Part shown: positions 1 to 9,418 of the stretch, piece by piece | Numbering within the stretch: the stretch's first letter is position 1 | How the letters are laid out: each line of letters opens with the position of its first letter | Assembly (NCBI GenBank): GCA_000008085.1 | Contig: AE017199.1 | Span: forward strand, 180,001 to 212,000 | DNA length: 32,000 nt | Reading direction: 5' to 3' | DNA from: Nanoarchaeum equitans Kin4-M | GTDB lineage: Archaea > Nanobdellota > Nanobdellia > Nanobdellales > Nanoarchaeaceae | Position numbers and translations under genes: made by a program | Notes under the pieces: model-generated | What the model saw: the letters and a program-made list of their open reading frames with translations, nothing else | What the model was told of the DNA's origin: nothing | Databases searched by the model: none

Positions 1-388
1 TATTAATTTTGGTTTTCCCAATAGCTTCTATTACAGTGTTTTCAGGTAATTCTTTATCGGTATTCCAAATAATAGCTTTAATAGTACCGGTTTCGTCTCC
101 TAAAATAATAGGTTGGAATTTCCCTTTCGAATAACTAATTAATCCAAAAGATTTGAGAATTTTGCCCTTTACTTTTACATATTCCCAGCTTTCTAATTCG
201 CCAATTTTTTTCTCTTTCGGAGTGTTTTTATACAAAACACCAAGTTTTTTTGCTACTAATAGTAAAGCCCCCCTACGAGATATTAAATTGTTAAAAGCTT
301 TAATTTTTTCTTCCACCATTTTTTCTATTTCCTCTCGAGATTTGCCAGTTTTTTCTATTATTAGTTGTATTAGTTCCTCTTCATCCAT
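1..388 (-). CDS. rpa: Replication protein A-like ssDNA-binding protein, N-terminal part (CDS runs off the left edge)
   Basis: My own minus-strand translation from the ATG at 388 gives [51 protein letters not shown]..., then GKILKSFGLISYSKGKFQPIILGDETGTIKAIIWN. This is the helical N-terminal module plus the start of an OB fold, as in euryarchaeal RPA41-type proteins. The frame is open to position 1. It is missing from the ORF track because it is truncated. Confidence 0.6.
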   Translation of the reverse strand, partial: MDEEELIQLIIEKTGKSREEIEKMVEEKIKAFNNLISRRGALLLVAKKLGVLYKNTPKEKKIGELESWEYVKVKGKILKSFGLISYSKGKFQPIILGDETGTIKAIIWNTDKELPENTVIEAIGKTKIN

Positions 389-923
389 TTATTATTTTTG
401 TGTACTCATTAAATAATGCGTAATAGCCATAATGGTACAAAACCCTAAATAGGTTTGCCACTATTATATAGCCTTTTAGAGAATAATTATACTTTTTTAG
501 AACTTTTTCTTCTATTTTTTTAAATATTGGTGGTATATAAACATTTCTTATAACTTTTATATGGGGAAACCAGTATTTAATGTATCGAACATATCTTTCT
601 TTTAATATTACGGGTTTCTCTGTAAAAGAGCTATGCCACACATCTTCTTTTGGATATACAATAGAAGAAACATTGTATTTGGCAAAAAAATAGAATATTC
701 CTAAAGAGTTGTAAAACCTTATTCCAGGCAATCTATCATATTCGATGGGAATCTCGCTATAGTTACCTACCACATAATAATAATCGCATTTAGGCTTATC
801 TTTATAATAATATATGGGTATATTAAATTGCAATGCCAGGGGTTTGGCTATAATTAGTGAATGTAGAGAACCAACTAATACGCAGTGCAAAATTTTACAT
901 TCCGAATAGGGATGCCAAACCAC
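381..923 (-). CDS. Hypothetical protein (Tyr/Ile/Lys-rich, no recognisable motif)
   Basis: 180-aa ORF wedged between the P1 gene (29-nt overlap) and the RPA-like gene (8-nt overlap) on the same strand. Composition resembles the neighbouring real genes. No family assignment is possible by eye. Confidence 0.4.
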   Translation of the reverse strand: MVWHPYSECKILHCVLVGSLHSLIIAKPLALQFNIPIYYYKDKPKCDYYYVVGNYSEIPIEYDRLPGIRFYNSLGIFYFFAKYNVSSIVYPKEDVWHSSFTEKPVILKERYVRYIKYWFPHIKVIRNVYIPPIFKKIEEKVLKKYNYSLKGYIIVANLFRVLYHYGYYALFNEYTKIING

Positions 924-1203
924 CCAATGCTTCTTCTTCTTTCTTTTCCTCTTTTTTCTCCTCTTTCTTTTCTTCTTTCTTCTCTTGTTCTGGAGCTGGA
1001 GCTGCTACGGGGGCTGCTACAGTAACTTGGGAAGCCTTTTCTAATATTTCATCAATGTTTACTCCCTCTAAAGCAGCAACTACAGCTTTAACCATACCTT
1101 CATTAACCTCAACTCCAGCAGCTTCTAAAACTTTTTTTAAGTTTTCTTCGTTAATTTCTTTGCCTGCCTTGTGTAAAAGCAATGCCGCGTATATGTATTC
1201 CAT
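895..1203 (-). CDS. rpl12: Ribosomal stalk protein P1 (L12e/aP1)
   Basis: [33 protein letters not shown]..., an Ala/Pro hinge, an (EEKK)n acidic tail and the terminal GLASLFGM. This is the archaeal P-stalk signature. Confidence 0.95.
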   Translation of the reverse strand: MEYIYAALLLHKAGKEINEENLKKVLEAAGVEVNEGMVKAVVAALEGVNIDEILEKASQVTVAAPVAAPAPEQEKKEEKKEEKKEEKKEEEALGGLASLFGM

Positions 1204-1223
1204 TGGCTTTCCATTAAGAACAA

Positions 1224-1231
1224 TTTAAAAA
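1224..1231 (-). promoter_or_regulatory. TATA-like box for the P1 gene
   Basis: The minus strand reads TTTTTAAA, 20 nt upstream of the ATG at 1203. Confidence 0.45.
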
Positions 1232-1238
1232 TGGAATG

Positions 1239-1246
1239 TTTATAAA
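1239..1246 (+). promoter_or_regulatory. TATA-like box for rpl22
   Basis: TTTATAAA, 20 nt upstream of the ATG at 1267. Confidence 0.5.
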
Positions 1247-1266
1247 GGGTATATTGAAGTTTCCCA

Positions 1267-1791
1267 ATGAGATATTCAGTAAGCTTAGAAAATGTGGCAA
1301 AGCTCTATGCACATAATTTGCCTATTTCAACAAAACATGCTGTAGAGATTGCGAAAATGATTAGATATTTGCCTTTGCAATTAGCAAAAGAAATGTTACA
1401 AAAAGTTTTAGACAAAGAATTAGCTGTGCCTTTCTTTAGATACAATAGAGATATCCCCCATAGGAAAAAAGGACAAATCCACCCATATTTTAAAATAAAA
1501 CATGGTAGATTCCCAGAAAATGCCACAAAATGGATATTAAAAGAATTAAATTCTGTAGAAAAGAATGCCATTAATTTGGGAATGGATCCTAACAAATTGT
1601 TTATAGTACATATTGCAGCACACAAAGGAGTTAGGGGATATACAAGCGTTTATGGGAGAAGAGCAAGAAGAAAAGCAACCCATTTAGAAATAATGGTTGC
1701 AGAAAATAAGGATTATGATCCCTCTAAGAAGTACCCATTAAAAGAATTAAAAAGGATGGGCCATAAATTATTTTTGAGCCTCAAGAAATAA
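1267..1791 (+). CDS. rpl22: 50S ribosomal protein L22 (uL22)
   Basis: ISTKHAVEIAKMIR, VPFFRYN, GRFPENATKWILKELNSVEKNA, IVHIAAHKG and RRARRKATHLEI match the archaeal L22 pattern. It has a basic C-terminal extension of about 25 aa. Confidence 0.9.
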   Translation: MRYSVSLENVAKLYAHNLPISTKHAVEIAKMIRYLPLQLAKEMLQKVLDKELAVPFFRYNRDIPHRKKGQIHPYFKIKHGRFPENATKWILKELNSVEKNAINLGMDPNKLFIVHIAAHKGVRGYTSVYGRRARRKATHLEIMVAENKDYDPSKKYPLKELKRMGHKLFLSLKK

Positions 1792-2358
1792 TTTTTCCAC
1801 TCCTTTTTTAGTTATAGTGTATATTTCTATACCATAACCAGAAAATACATCTCTCGCTATAGAGGATTTTAATGCCTTTTCCGCTAATTTAATAGCATCT
1901 CTAACAGTTATATCTGGGTTGTACTCTGCTTCTAATGTACCTAAAGCTATTACTCCACCACTTCCTTCGGCAAAATAGTCTTTTATCTCAGATATTGCTC
2001 CTATACCGTCTAAGCTATAGATTCCAAACTCTTTACTATTTATGGGCCCTGCAATTAACAAACCCAATGGATTTAGATAAAACCTGTTTTGATATAAAAG
2101 ATGCGATAGTAAATTCGCTGCCTCAATAACATTCATTGTTCTTCTAGAATATAGCTCTCTTAACTTTAATTCGGTTTTTAGTATCTTTGCTATATGTTGC
2201 AAATCTGCTACAGTTCCAGAGCCAGCCAATAAAATATAATCAGTAATAGGTATAATCTTTTGCGCTCTTTTGTCTTCTACTATATTCCCCATAGATGCTT
2301 GTTTATCTGAAGCTAATACTACACCATCTCGGGCTTTTATACCTATAATAGTAGTCAT
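1768..2358 (-). CDS. psmB: Proteasome beta subunit
   Basis: M-TTIIGIKARDGVVLASDKQAS..., GSGTVADLQ and AEGSGG. The active-site Thr follows the initiator Met directly. Confidence 0.95.
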   Translation of the reverse strand: MTTIIGIKARDGVVLASDKQASMGNIVEDKRAQKIIPITDYILLAGSGTVADLQHIAKILKTELKLRELYSRRTMNVIEAANLLSHLLYQNRFYLNPLGLLIAGPINSKEFGIYSLDGIGAISEIKDYFAEGSGGVIALGTLEAEYNPDITVRDAIKLAEKALKSSIARDVFSGYGIEIYTITKKGVEKLFLEAQK

Positions 2359-2376
2359 AGAGTTATCAATAATAAA

Positions 2377-2384
2377 AATTTAAA
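2377..2384 (-). promoter_or_regulatory. TATA-like box for psmB
   Basis: The minus strand reads TTTAAATT, 18 nt upstream of the ATG at 2358. It abuts the endA stop codon. Confidence 0.4.
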
Positions 2385-2386
2385 GG

Positions 2387-2851
2387 TTAGGGTTTTTTCC
2401 AACTAACCTCTATAAATTCTATTTTATCACTCACTATCCCTAATAACAGTTTTTTCCTTGTGGAATGGGCTACCCTATTTTTAGAAGCAAACTCGTAAAA
2501 ATCAAATGTTTCATCTTTAGATACTGGGTATAAAACCCATTTTGAATGCTCTCTTTCGGATCTCTTTCCTTTTTTTGGGATAACCCCAATATCGTAAACC
2601 CTAAAGTCTGCACCGAATTTTAATGCTGTTCCTAAAGTATAACCTTTATCTCTTAACTCTTTGTAAGCCTTATACCTAATCAAAAATCTTTCATCGTAGG
2701 TTAAGCATTTTTTTAAGAACTCCTCTTTAGAGAGCTTTTTATCATCTTCATAAACCTCTAATTCTCCTTTATCTAATAAATAATATGCCTCTATCAAAGG
2801 TAATTCTTTATCATCAACTAAAACCCTATTGCCAAACAAATAACCTATCAT
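2387..2851 (-). CDS. endA: tRNA-splicing endonuclease, short catalytic-type subunit
   Basis: 154 aa with LIEAYYLLDKGELEV, YKELRDKGYTLGTALKFGADFRVYD, EHSKWVLYPV and AHSTRKKLLLGIV. This is the EndA fold with the Tyr/His/Lys catalytic positions. Confidence 0.9.
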   Translation of the reverse strand: MIGYLFGNRVLVDDKELPLIEAYYLLDKGELEVYEDDKKLSKEEFLKKCLTYDERFLIRYKAYKELRDKGYTLGTALKFGADFRVYDIGVIPKKGKRSEREHSKWVLYPVSKDETFDFYEFASKNRVAHSTRKKLLLGIVSDKIEFIEVSWKKP

Positions 2852-3060
2852 ACAAAATTTATATGGGGTTTAACTGGGATTTTTCTTATTACTTTTATAG
2901 GGATTGCTCCTTTTTCGAATTCCATTTTGGCTATTTCTATAGGGCTATAATTTATTTTCTTTAATGTCTCTTTATCTATTTTTATCAATATTGGGGCCCC
3001 TTGGGCTATTTGCATTGCCCTAATTCCAATAATTCTAGCTTTCTCATATTTAGAATACAT
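2848..3060 (-). CDS. rpoK: DNA-directed RNA polymerase subunit K (Rpo6)
   Basis: YEKARIIGIRAMQIAQGAPILIK....PIEIAKMEFEKGAIPIKVIR is the RpoK/Rpb6 core. There is a 4-nt overlap with endA downstream. Confidence 0.85.
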   Translation of the reverse strand: MYSKYEKARIIGIRAMQIAQGAPILIKIDKETLKKINYSPIEIAKMEFEKGAIPIKVIRKIPVKPHINFV

Positions 3061-3065
3061 TTATA

Positions 3066-3073
3066 ATTTAAAT
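3066..3073 (+). promoter_or_regulatory. TATA-like box for the PUA-domain gene
   Basis: Palindromic ATTTAAAT, 20 nt upstream of the ATG at 3094. Confidence 0.45.
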
Positions 3074-3079
3074 AATCCC

Positions 3080-3087
3080 ATTTAAAT
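3080..3087 (-). promoter_or_regulatory. TATA-like box for rpoK-endA
   Basis: A second identical ATTTAAAT, 19 nt upstream of the ATG at 3060. Confidence 0.45.
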
Positions 3088-3093
3088 CCTTTC

Positions 3094-3522
3094 ATGCGCT
3101 ATCTATCCAAAAAAGAGATCAAAGAATTGTTAAATAAATACAAAATAGATTGGCTCAAACCGGAAAAAAATAAATATTACGAAAAGGATTCTATAATATA
3201 CTACGAAGGGAAACCATTGTTTGTTGTAAAAGAAGAGGTTTATCCCACATTAGAATTAATAATAGAGCATTATAATAAGAAAGGGGAATTGCTATTCCCT
3301 TATGTTAGAGTAGACAAAGGCGCAGTAAAACCAATTTTAAATGGGGCAGATATAATGAGACCAGGTATAAAAGAGTATAGCCCCTTCAAAAAAGGCGATA
3401 TAGTTATAGTTATAGATGAGAACGATAATGTATTAACCTTGGGCAAAGCTCTATTAGATAGCACAGAATTGGAAAAAATGGACAAAGGCAAAGCTATAAA
3501 GAATTTGAAAATTTTTATTTAA
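3094..3522 (+). CDS. PUA-domain RNA-binding protein (MCT-1/Tma20-like, COG2016 type)
   Basis: The C-terminal VRVDKGAVKPILNGADIMRPGI....GDIVIVIDENDNVLTLGKALL is a PUA domain pattern. Its stop overlaps the argS start. Confidence 0.7.
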   Translation: MRYLSKKEIKELLNKYKIDWLKPEKNKYYEKDSIIYYEGKPLFVVKEEVYPTLELIIEHYNKKGELLFPYVRVDKGAVKPILNGADIMRPGIKEYSPFKKGDIVIVIDENDNVLTLGKALLDSTELEKMDKGKAIKNLKIFI

Positions 3523-5135
3523 TGCGCGAGCTGTTAGATAATAGGTTACAATTTAATGGAGAAGCTTATATAATAAAGGATAGCCCATTGCCCTCCTATG
3601 TTAAAGAATTAGAAAAGGTGGGACATAAATATAGAGTAATATTCGATATAGAAAAGGTTATAGATTATTTGGAAAATCCCCCAACATATAAGAAAAACCA
3701 AACATACGTTTTAGATTACTTTTCTCCAAACATCGGCAAACCCCCACATGTTGGTAACCTAAGAAGTGCCATTATTGGGAACCCATTAAAAAATATACTA
3801 AGGAAAGTAGGATACAATGTAATATCTATTAATTGGTGGGGGGATTTTGGCACACAATTTGGAGAATTAATTTACGCTTTCAAAACCAAAGGAGATGAAA
3901 AAGAGCTAAGGAAAAATCCAATAAAGCATTTGTTTGAATTGTATACTTGGTTTAATAGAGAATTGGAGAAAAACCCCGAAATAAAGAATTATGCTAGAGA
4001 GGAATTTAAATATTTAGAAGAGGCAATGTATAAGGGAATTCAAATAGATGTTAGTCCTTTTTTTGAAGGGAAACCATTGTCCGAGCTATTAAAAAACAAA
4101 ACCAGAGAAGAACAAAACTATATTCTATGGAAAATATTCAGAGAAATAACTATAAAATATATGCGAGAGCAATTTTATCCAAAACTAAAATTAGAATTCG
4201 ATGAAGAGAGCGGGGAATCCTTCTTTCTAAAAAAAGCTAAAGAAGTTGCAAAAGAACTATTAGAAAAAGGGGTTGCAGAGGAAGACAAAAATTCTATAAT
4301 CGTTAGAACCCCATATGGAGTAGCTCTATTATTGAAAAGCGATGGGACTACTTTGTATTTAACTAGGGATTTAGCTGCGGCTATAGAGCATTATGAAAAA
4401 TACAAATTCGATAAAAAAATCTATGTAGTAGCGAATGAGCAATCGCAACATTTTAATCAATTAATTTATATAGCTAAGAAAGCCAATTATCCTTTTGCTG
4501 ATAAATTATACCATCTAAAGTTTGGTTTATTATTACTAAAAACAGAGGAAGGTGTAAAAAAGTTCAGCACAAGAAAAGGGAGAGCTGTTTTTGCTGAAGA
4601 CATATTAGAAAAAGCTTACGAATTGGCTAAAGAAGAAATACTAAAAAGAAACAAAGACAAACCATTAGAAGAAATAGAGAAAAACGCAAAAATAATAGGG
4701 TATGGCGCAGTCATCTATGCTATAGTTAGATATGATCCTAAGAAAGATATAATATTTGATTGGGACAAAATATTATCTTTAAACGGGAAAACATCTGTGT
4801 TTATACAATATAGTGCAGTAAGGGCCAAGCACATTTTAGATAAATACAATAAACCTATAGAGAGACCTAACAATTTAGAAAAAGATGAAGAGAGATTATT
4901 ACTATGGCTTTTCTATTATTATGCTGTATTAGAAGAAAGCGCTAGAAAATTAAAACCAAACATTTTAGCTGAATATCTATATAATTTGGCCGAAGAATTT
5001 AATAGATTTTACGAAAAGAATAGAGTCATCGGCTCTAATAGAGAAAAAGAAAGAGTTTGGTTAGTAAATAAAACTTATCAAATATTAAAGGAAGGGCTAA
5101 ACCTCCTAGGAATAGATGTGCCAACTTTTATGTAA
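3522..5135 (+). CDS. argS: Arginyl-tRNA synthetase
   Basis: Class I signature [31 protein letters not shown] (MSTRKG-type loop), a DALR-like C-terminal helical domain, and the C-terminal Met typical of ArgRS. Confidence 0.92.
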
Positions 5136-5616
5136 ATTTTGCTCCCAAATATTTGGATAATTCTCCTAACTCTATATATTTTATGTTACCCCTCTCAAAT
5201 TTGGGTTTTGCTTTTAACACCTCTTTTATTAATGCCTCTGGGTAGCCTTTAGCGTTTTCCAAATTTAATCCTAGTTTTGGTTTATCCTTTAATTCTTCTG
5301 GTACTCCTATGTATACTTTTACATTTTTTAATAACTCTCTGCCCCTTGCAGTTTTCCTTGGTAACATTCCCCTAATAACTCTTTTTAATATATTATCTGG
5401 TCTCTTTGGATAGAAAGGCCCCTTATAATAATCGCCCCTCTTTACTTTTTGTAGCCATTCCTTTTTAACCATATTGGGATCCCCAGTAATTATAGCTTTC
5501 TCGGCATTTACTATTTTTACTCTATAGCCCCTTTTTAGGTTTCTAGCTACTATAGAGGCCAACCTTCCTAAAACTAAGCCTTCTGCGTCATAAATTAGTT
5601 CGCCCAAAAATTCCAT
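5128..5616 (-). CDS. rpl13: 50S ribosomal protein L13 (uL13)
   Basis: [33 protein letters not shown], and [22 protein letters not shown]. Confidence 0.9.
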
Positions 5617-5633
5617 TTGGCATAGAATAAATT

Positions 5634-7769
5634 TTATTTATAAATATCTTCTTGGGTGCTATCGAATTTTTCTATGGCTAACCCAGACCATAAAGGTTTT
5701 TTCATTTGATATACATCTTCTGCTACAGTTTGAACCCTTACAGTATAGGGTAAAGTCCAACTTAATTCTGGGTAACTAATTCCATTGATACTAGCATTCA
5801 TGTTAGTTAATATTTGTTTGTATATATCTCTTACAGGGCCTTCCCTTTGGCCTAGGCTTTCCAATAAGGTTATTTCATTACCAGCTTCAAAAACAAAAGT
5901 AGGACTTTCTATATTGAATGTTCTATCCAATACTTCTTTCAAAGTTTTTGGGTCTTTCTCTAATAATTCTAATTGGGGATTGACTTGTTTTAACCTTTCA
6001 TATATCTCTTTTATGGGCATTATACCAGACCCAGGAGCTAAATGGGCATCTTCTTCGCCTAACCAACCATCTACTATATGCAAATGCTTTATTGTTTTTG
6101 AATCTATTATTTTTTGATATTCTTTTAGCAAATCATCAACAGTATAACCTTCGTGTTTGCCTAATAACATTGTTGTATGTAAATTATCTAATGTAGTTCC
6201 TATATATTTTTCGCTATATTCTTTTAATTTGGCTTCGTTATTTCTAAGCTCTTTGGCTTTTTCTATCATAGTTTTTAATATTTCATCAGCTTTTTCTCCA
6301 TATTCAGATTTTAAGTATAGTTTTATCCTGTCTAAAGCTAATTTAAACTCTTTTACATCGGGATCATCAGAATTGCCTTCATAGGCTTTTACTAATTTAT
6401 CTAAAGCGTCTTTTACTTTTTCTCTCGATTCTTTTATTATTTCTACGAGTTCTCCACTTCTAGAACCGAAAAATTCTGGGAACACATTCTCTATAGCGAT
6501 TATTGGAGTTTTGTCGTATTTTTCTAATCCTAAAGCTTTTAGTGCTTCGCTCTCAGCGAAATTTAAAGCTGCTAATTTAGCAATTGTTTCTGGGACTTTT
6601 TGCATAGTGTATTGAGATAACGTCATAAACTGTTTTTTCTCTAATCTATCTTCTAATTCCTTTTTTATCTCTTCTAATTTTTCTTCCAATTCCTCTTTAG
6701 GCAATTCAATTTGGGCTTTGTTTGTTAGTTCAACATATTTGCTTAGCCATTGCTGTTGTAGCTCTTTCTTTTTATTTTCGTCCTTTTCCTTTTTTATTTG
6801 TTCTTCTATTTGTGATAGTTCATTTCTAAGTTTTTCTAATTCTTCCCTCTTTTCACTAATCATCTTTTCAATTGATTCCTTTATCTTTTGGAAAGTACCA
6901 TTTCTTAGTTTGTGTATTAAATCGGCTTTATCTTTATCTGACAATGGAGTACTATATATTACGCTTTCTAATTGGTTTTTTAATTGTTGGAATGCCAAAT
7001 CTGGTTTTTCAGGATTTTGCGATAAAGCAACTAAAGCATTAATTATGGCATTATTTATTTGGATTTCCAGGTTTCTCTTTAGTTCTTCTTTATATAAGCG
7101 ATTTACATCTATGTTACCTTCTATTTTGAAATAACTCTTTAGATTTGCGTTTTCCATTATTGGTCTACCATTTTCATCAACAATAACATCTACTGCGGGA
7201 ACTAAAGCTTCCCATGCTCTAACATTGTATTTTTTCTTAAGCCATTCCTTGAATTCCTCTTTTTTCTCCAATTCATCAAAATTATTTATATTAGTGCCAT
7301 GCTCTTTATTGTATTGTTCTAACAAATATTTCTTTACAGCTTCTTCATGTTCTTTAGAGAAAAGCCTTTTTGCTTCAACAGATACATGTGTGTTTACAGG
7401 GATATGCCTATTTGAAGGAGTAGCAAATTTTCTAGCAGTATCTAAAGCTATAAAAAGCTTAGCAATTGTTTGAGCCCTAGTTTGTTCGTTTTGTCCCGCT
7501 AATTCGACTAAAGGAGCGTGCATCGAAGCTTTTATACCTGCAGCTTTAGCCAAATCTGCAGCAGTATCGAAAACCCATTTTGGTATCGCTTCCCAGCCGT
7601 TTCGGCCCGACCAACTTAATACTTGGACATCTGTCCTAGGGAAACCTTGCCATATTTGTTTTTCTATTTCTTTATGTATAGCCCTATTAAAAGGGTTTGT
7701 AGAAACAGCTATGTTCGTTTTAGGGATAGGCAATTTATAAAAATCCTTTTCATTATCAACAATCTTCAT
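5634..7769 (-). CDS. Endonuclease IV-like (AP endonuclease family 2 / xylose-isomerase-like TIM barrel) protein with large coiled-coil insertions
   Basis: Ordered metal-ligand-type motifs: MH84APL, NTH128VS, IAIE427N, LD528NLH531, HLH564IVD, ED574AH576LAPGSG, FVFE628AG. Spacings match my recollection of E. coli Nfo ligands, except for two inserts (about aa 135-415 and 436-520) that are K/E/L-rich heptad sequence. Confidence 0.55.
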
Positions 7770-7789
7770 AAAAATTTATTATACTATAT

Positions 7790-9403
7790 TTAATAAGTTT
7801 TGCCTATATAAACCCAATATTTTGCAGGCTCCCCACAATAAACACATCTCTCTTTTTCAGCATTTTCAGGGTTTATATCAGTGCCTCTTACCTCTGCATG
7901 TAACAATTCTTTTATTTGGTTAGCACAGCTTTCTCTCATACAGAATGGGGCTTTTGCTATTTTGTTTTGCTCTATGGCTTCTTTTAATTCATCGAAAGTT
8001 TTAACTCTAACTACCATGTCATTAACAAAAGATTTCGCTTTTTGTTTTAGGTCTTCTTCCATCTCTTTGAATATTTGGTCTATCTTTTCTAACTCGTTTA
8101 GAGAAATTGTGTATTTCTTTTTGTTGTCCCTTCTTACTATGGTTATACTATTGTTTTCCACTTCTTTTAAGCCAATGTCTATTCTTAATGGAACCCCAAT
8201 CAAATCATAATAGTAATATTTATACCCCGGGGTTTTTGTATCGTCCGAATCTAAATAAACTCTATATTTGTCTTTAATTAATTCATAAACTTTTTTAGAA
8301 TACTCTATTACTTTTGTATCGTCTTTGCCCAAAATTGGAATAATAACTATTTGTATTGGCGCTATTTTATAAGGCATAACCAATCCTAAATCGTCGCCTA
8401 GCCAATACAAAGCGCCTCCAAAAGCTCTCATAGATATCCCATAAGAGGTTTGCCATACATATTTTCTAAAATCATATTCTTTTAGTTTTTCGTTTATTTC
8501 CTCTATAGAAGAGATTGTATACTCTTTATCCCCAATTTTTATTGTATAGGTTTTTGTTAATTTACCTTTTTCTAATTCTTCCCAAAACTCTTTTGGCGCA
8601 TGAACTTTGTATTCGTTACCGTTTTTGTCTTTTATATAAATGTTTGGATCTCCGTATTTTTTATAAAAGGGATGATAATCCAAAAATTTTATTTCAAATG
8701 GGATAGCGAATTTTTGCCCTAACAAATGGATAGTACCTACTTGTAAAAACCTACCATCTGGCATTATTGCATCTGCAGCATAGGTTTCTTCTCCCCCAGG
8801 GAATTTGTCCCATTCTGGTCTTCTAACCCATATGTAGGGCAAATACAATACATCCCAAAATATATAATCATAAACCTCTTTGGCTTTAGCCATATGTTCT
8901 CTAGCATCTTCTTCACTTCTATGTACCGAATGAGTTTCGTTCCATAAAACCTCTCTCCCCCTAATTAGAGCTTTTGTAGATTTGGTTTCGTATCTATAAA
9001 CGGTATTAGTCATATAAATAATTAAAGGTAAATCCCTATAGCTTTCGATCCATTTGGCAAACATATAATACATTTCTGTTTCAGAAGTGGGTCTAAGTAT
9101 CAGTGGGTCTTCTAATTTATCGTTACCAGCTCTCTCTATCCAAAATACCTCTTCTTCAAAACCTTTTATATGTTCGCTCTCTTTTTTAAATATAGAATAT
9201 GGTATAACTATAGGAAACCATGCCGGCTCTGCACCTATAGATTCTAATTTGTTTTCCAATAAGGACATCAAAAATTTGAATGCTTTATATCCATATGGCT
9301 TATAAACGGGCATTCCCTTTACGGGATAAGCGTCATCGATAATATTGGCTTTCCTTACTATTTCGTTATACCATTCCTTTGGGTTTTCGCTTTTTTTAAC
9401 CAT
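7790..9403 (-). CDS. proS: Prolyl-tRNA synthetase (archaeal/eukaryotic type)
   Basis: WYNEIVRKANIID, LILRPTSETEMYYMFAKWIESYRDLP, RGREVLWNETHSVH, the Zn-type C-terminal domain CVYCGEPAKYWVYIGKTY, and a terminal Tyr. Confidence 0.95.
   Translation of the reverse strand: MVKKSENPKEWYNEIVRKANIIDDAYPVKGMPVYKPYGYKAFKFLMSLLENKLESIGAEPAWFPIVIPYSIFKKESEHIKGFEEEVFWIERAGNDKLEDPLILRPTSETEMYYMFAKWIESYRDLPLIIYMTNTVYRYETKSTKALIRGREVLWNETHSVHRSEEDAREHMAKAKEVYDYIFWDVLYLPYIWVRRPEWDKFPGGEETYAADAIMPDGRFLQVGTIHLLGQKFAIPFEIKFLDYHPFYKKYGDPNIYIKDKNGNEYKVHAPKEFWEELEKGKLTKTYTIKIGDKEYTISSIEEINEKLKEYDFRKYVWQTSYGISMRAFGGALYWLGDDLGLVMPYKIAPIQIVIIPILGKDDTKVIEYSKKVYELIKDKYRVYLDSDDTKTPGYKYYYYDLIGVPLRIDIGLKEVENNSITIVRRDNKKKYTISLNELEKIDQIFKEMEEDLKQKAKSFVNDMVVRVKTFDELKEAIEQNKIAKAPFCMRESCANQIKELLHAEVRGTDINPENAEKERCVYCGEPAKYWVYIGKTY
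9392..9399 (+). promoter_or_regulatory. TATA-like box for nob1, embedded in proS codons
   Basis: TTTTTTAA, 19 nt upstream of the ATG at 9419. It lies inside the first codons of the divergent proS. Confidence 0.4.
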
Positions 9404-9418
9404 GTTTCTTTATAGTCT

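Noticed and set aside
925-990. 12-nt periodic CTT/TTC repeat that looks like a tandem repeat
   Set aside because: It encodes the (EEKK)n acidic tail of ribosomal protein P1 on the minus strand, so it is coding low complexity rather than a repeat element.
153-1228. Plus-strand ORFs 153-416 (87 aa) and 857-1228 (123 aa, [12 protein letters not shown]...)
   Set aside because: These are low-complexity Ser/Phe-rich translations lying antisense to the well-supported RPA-like and P1 genes, so they are shadow ORFs.
5785-7473. Four plus-strand ORFs (5785-6117, 6157-6384, 6718-7134, 7225-7473)
   Set aside because: All are antisense to the 711-aa gene. They are Ser/Phe/Leu-rich mirror images of its Lys/Glu-rich coiled coils, with no start-site context.
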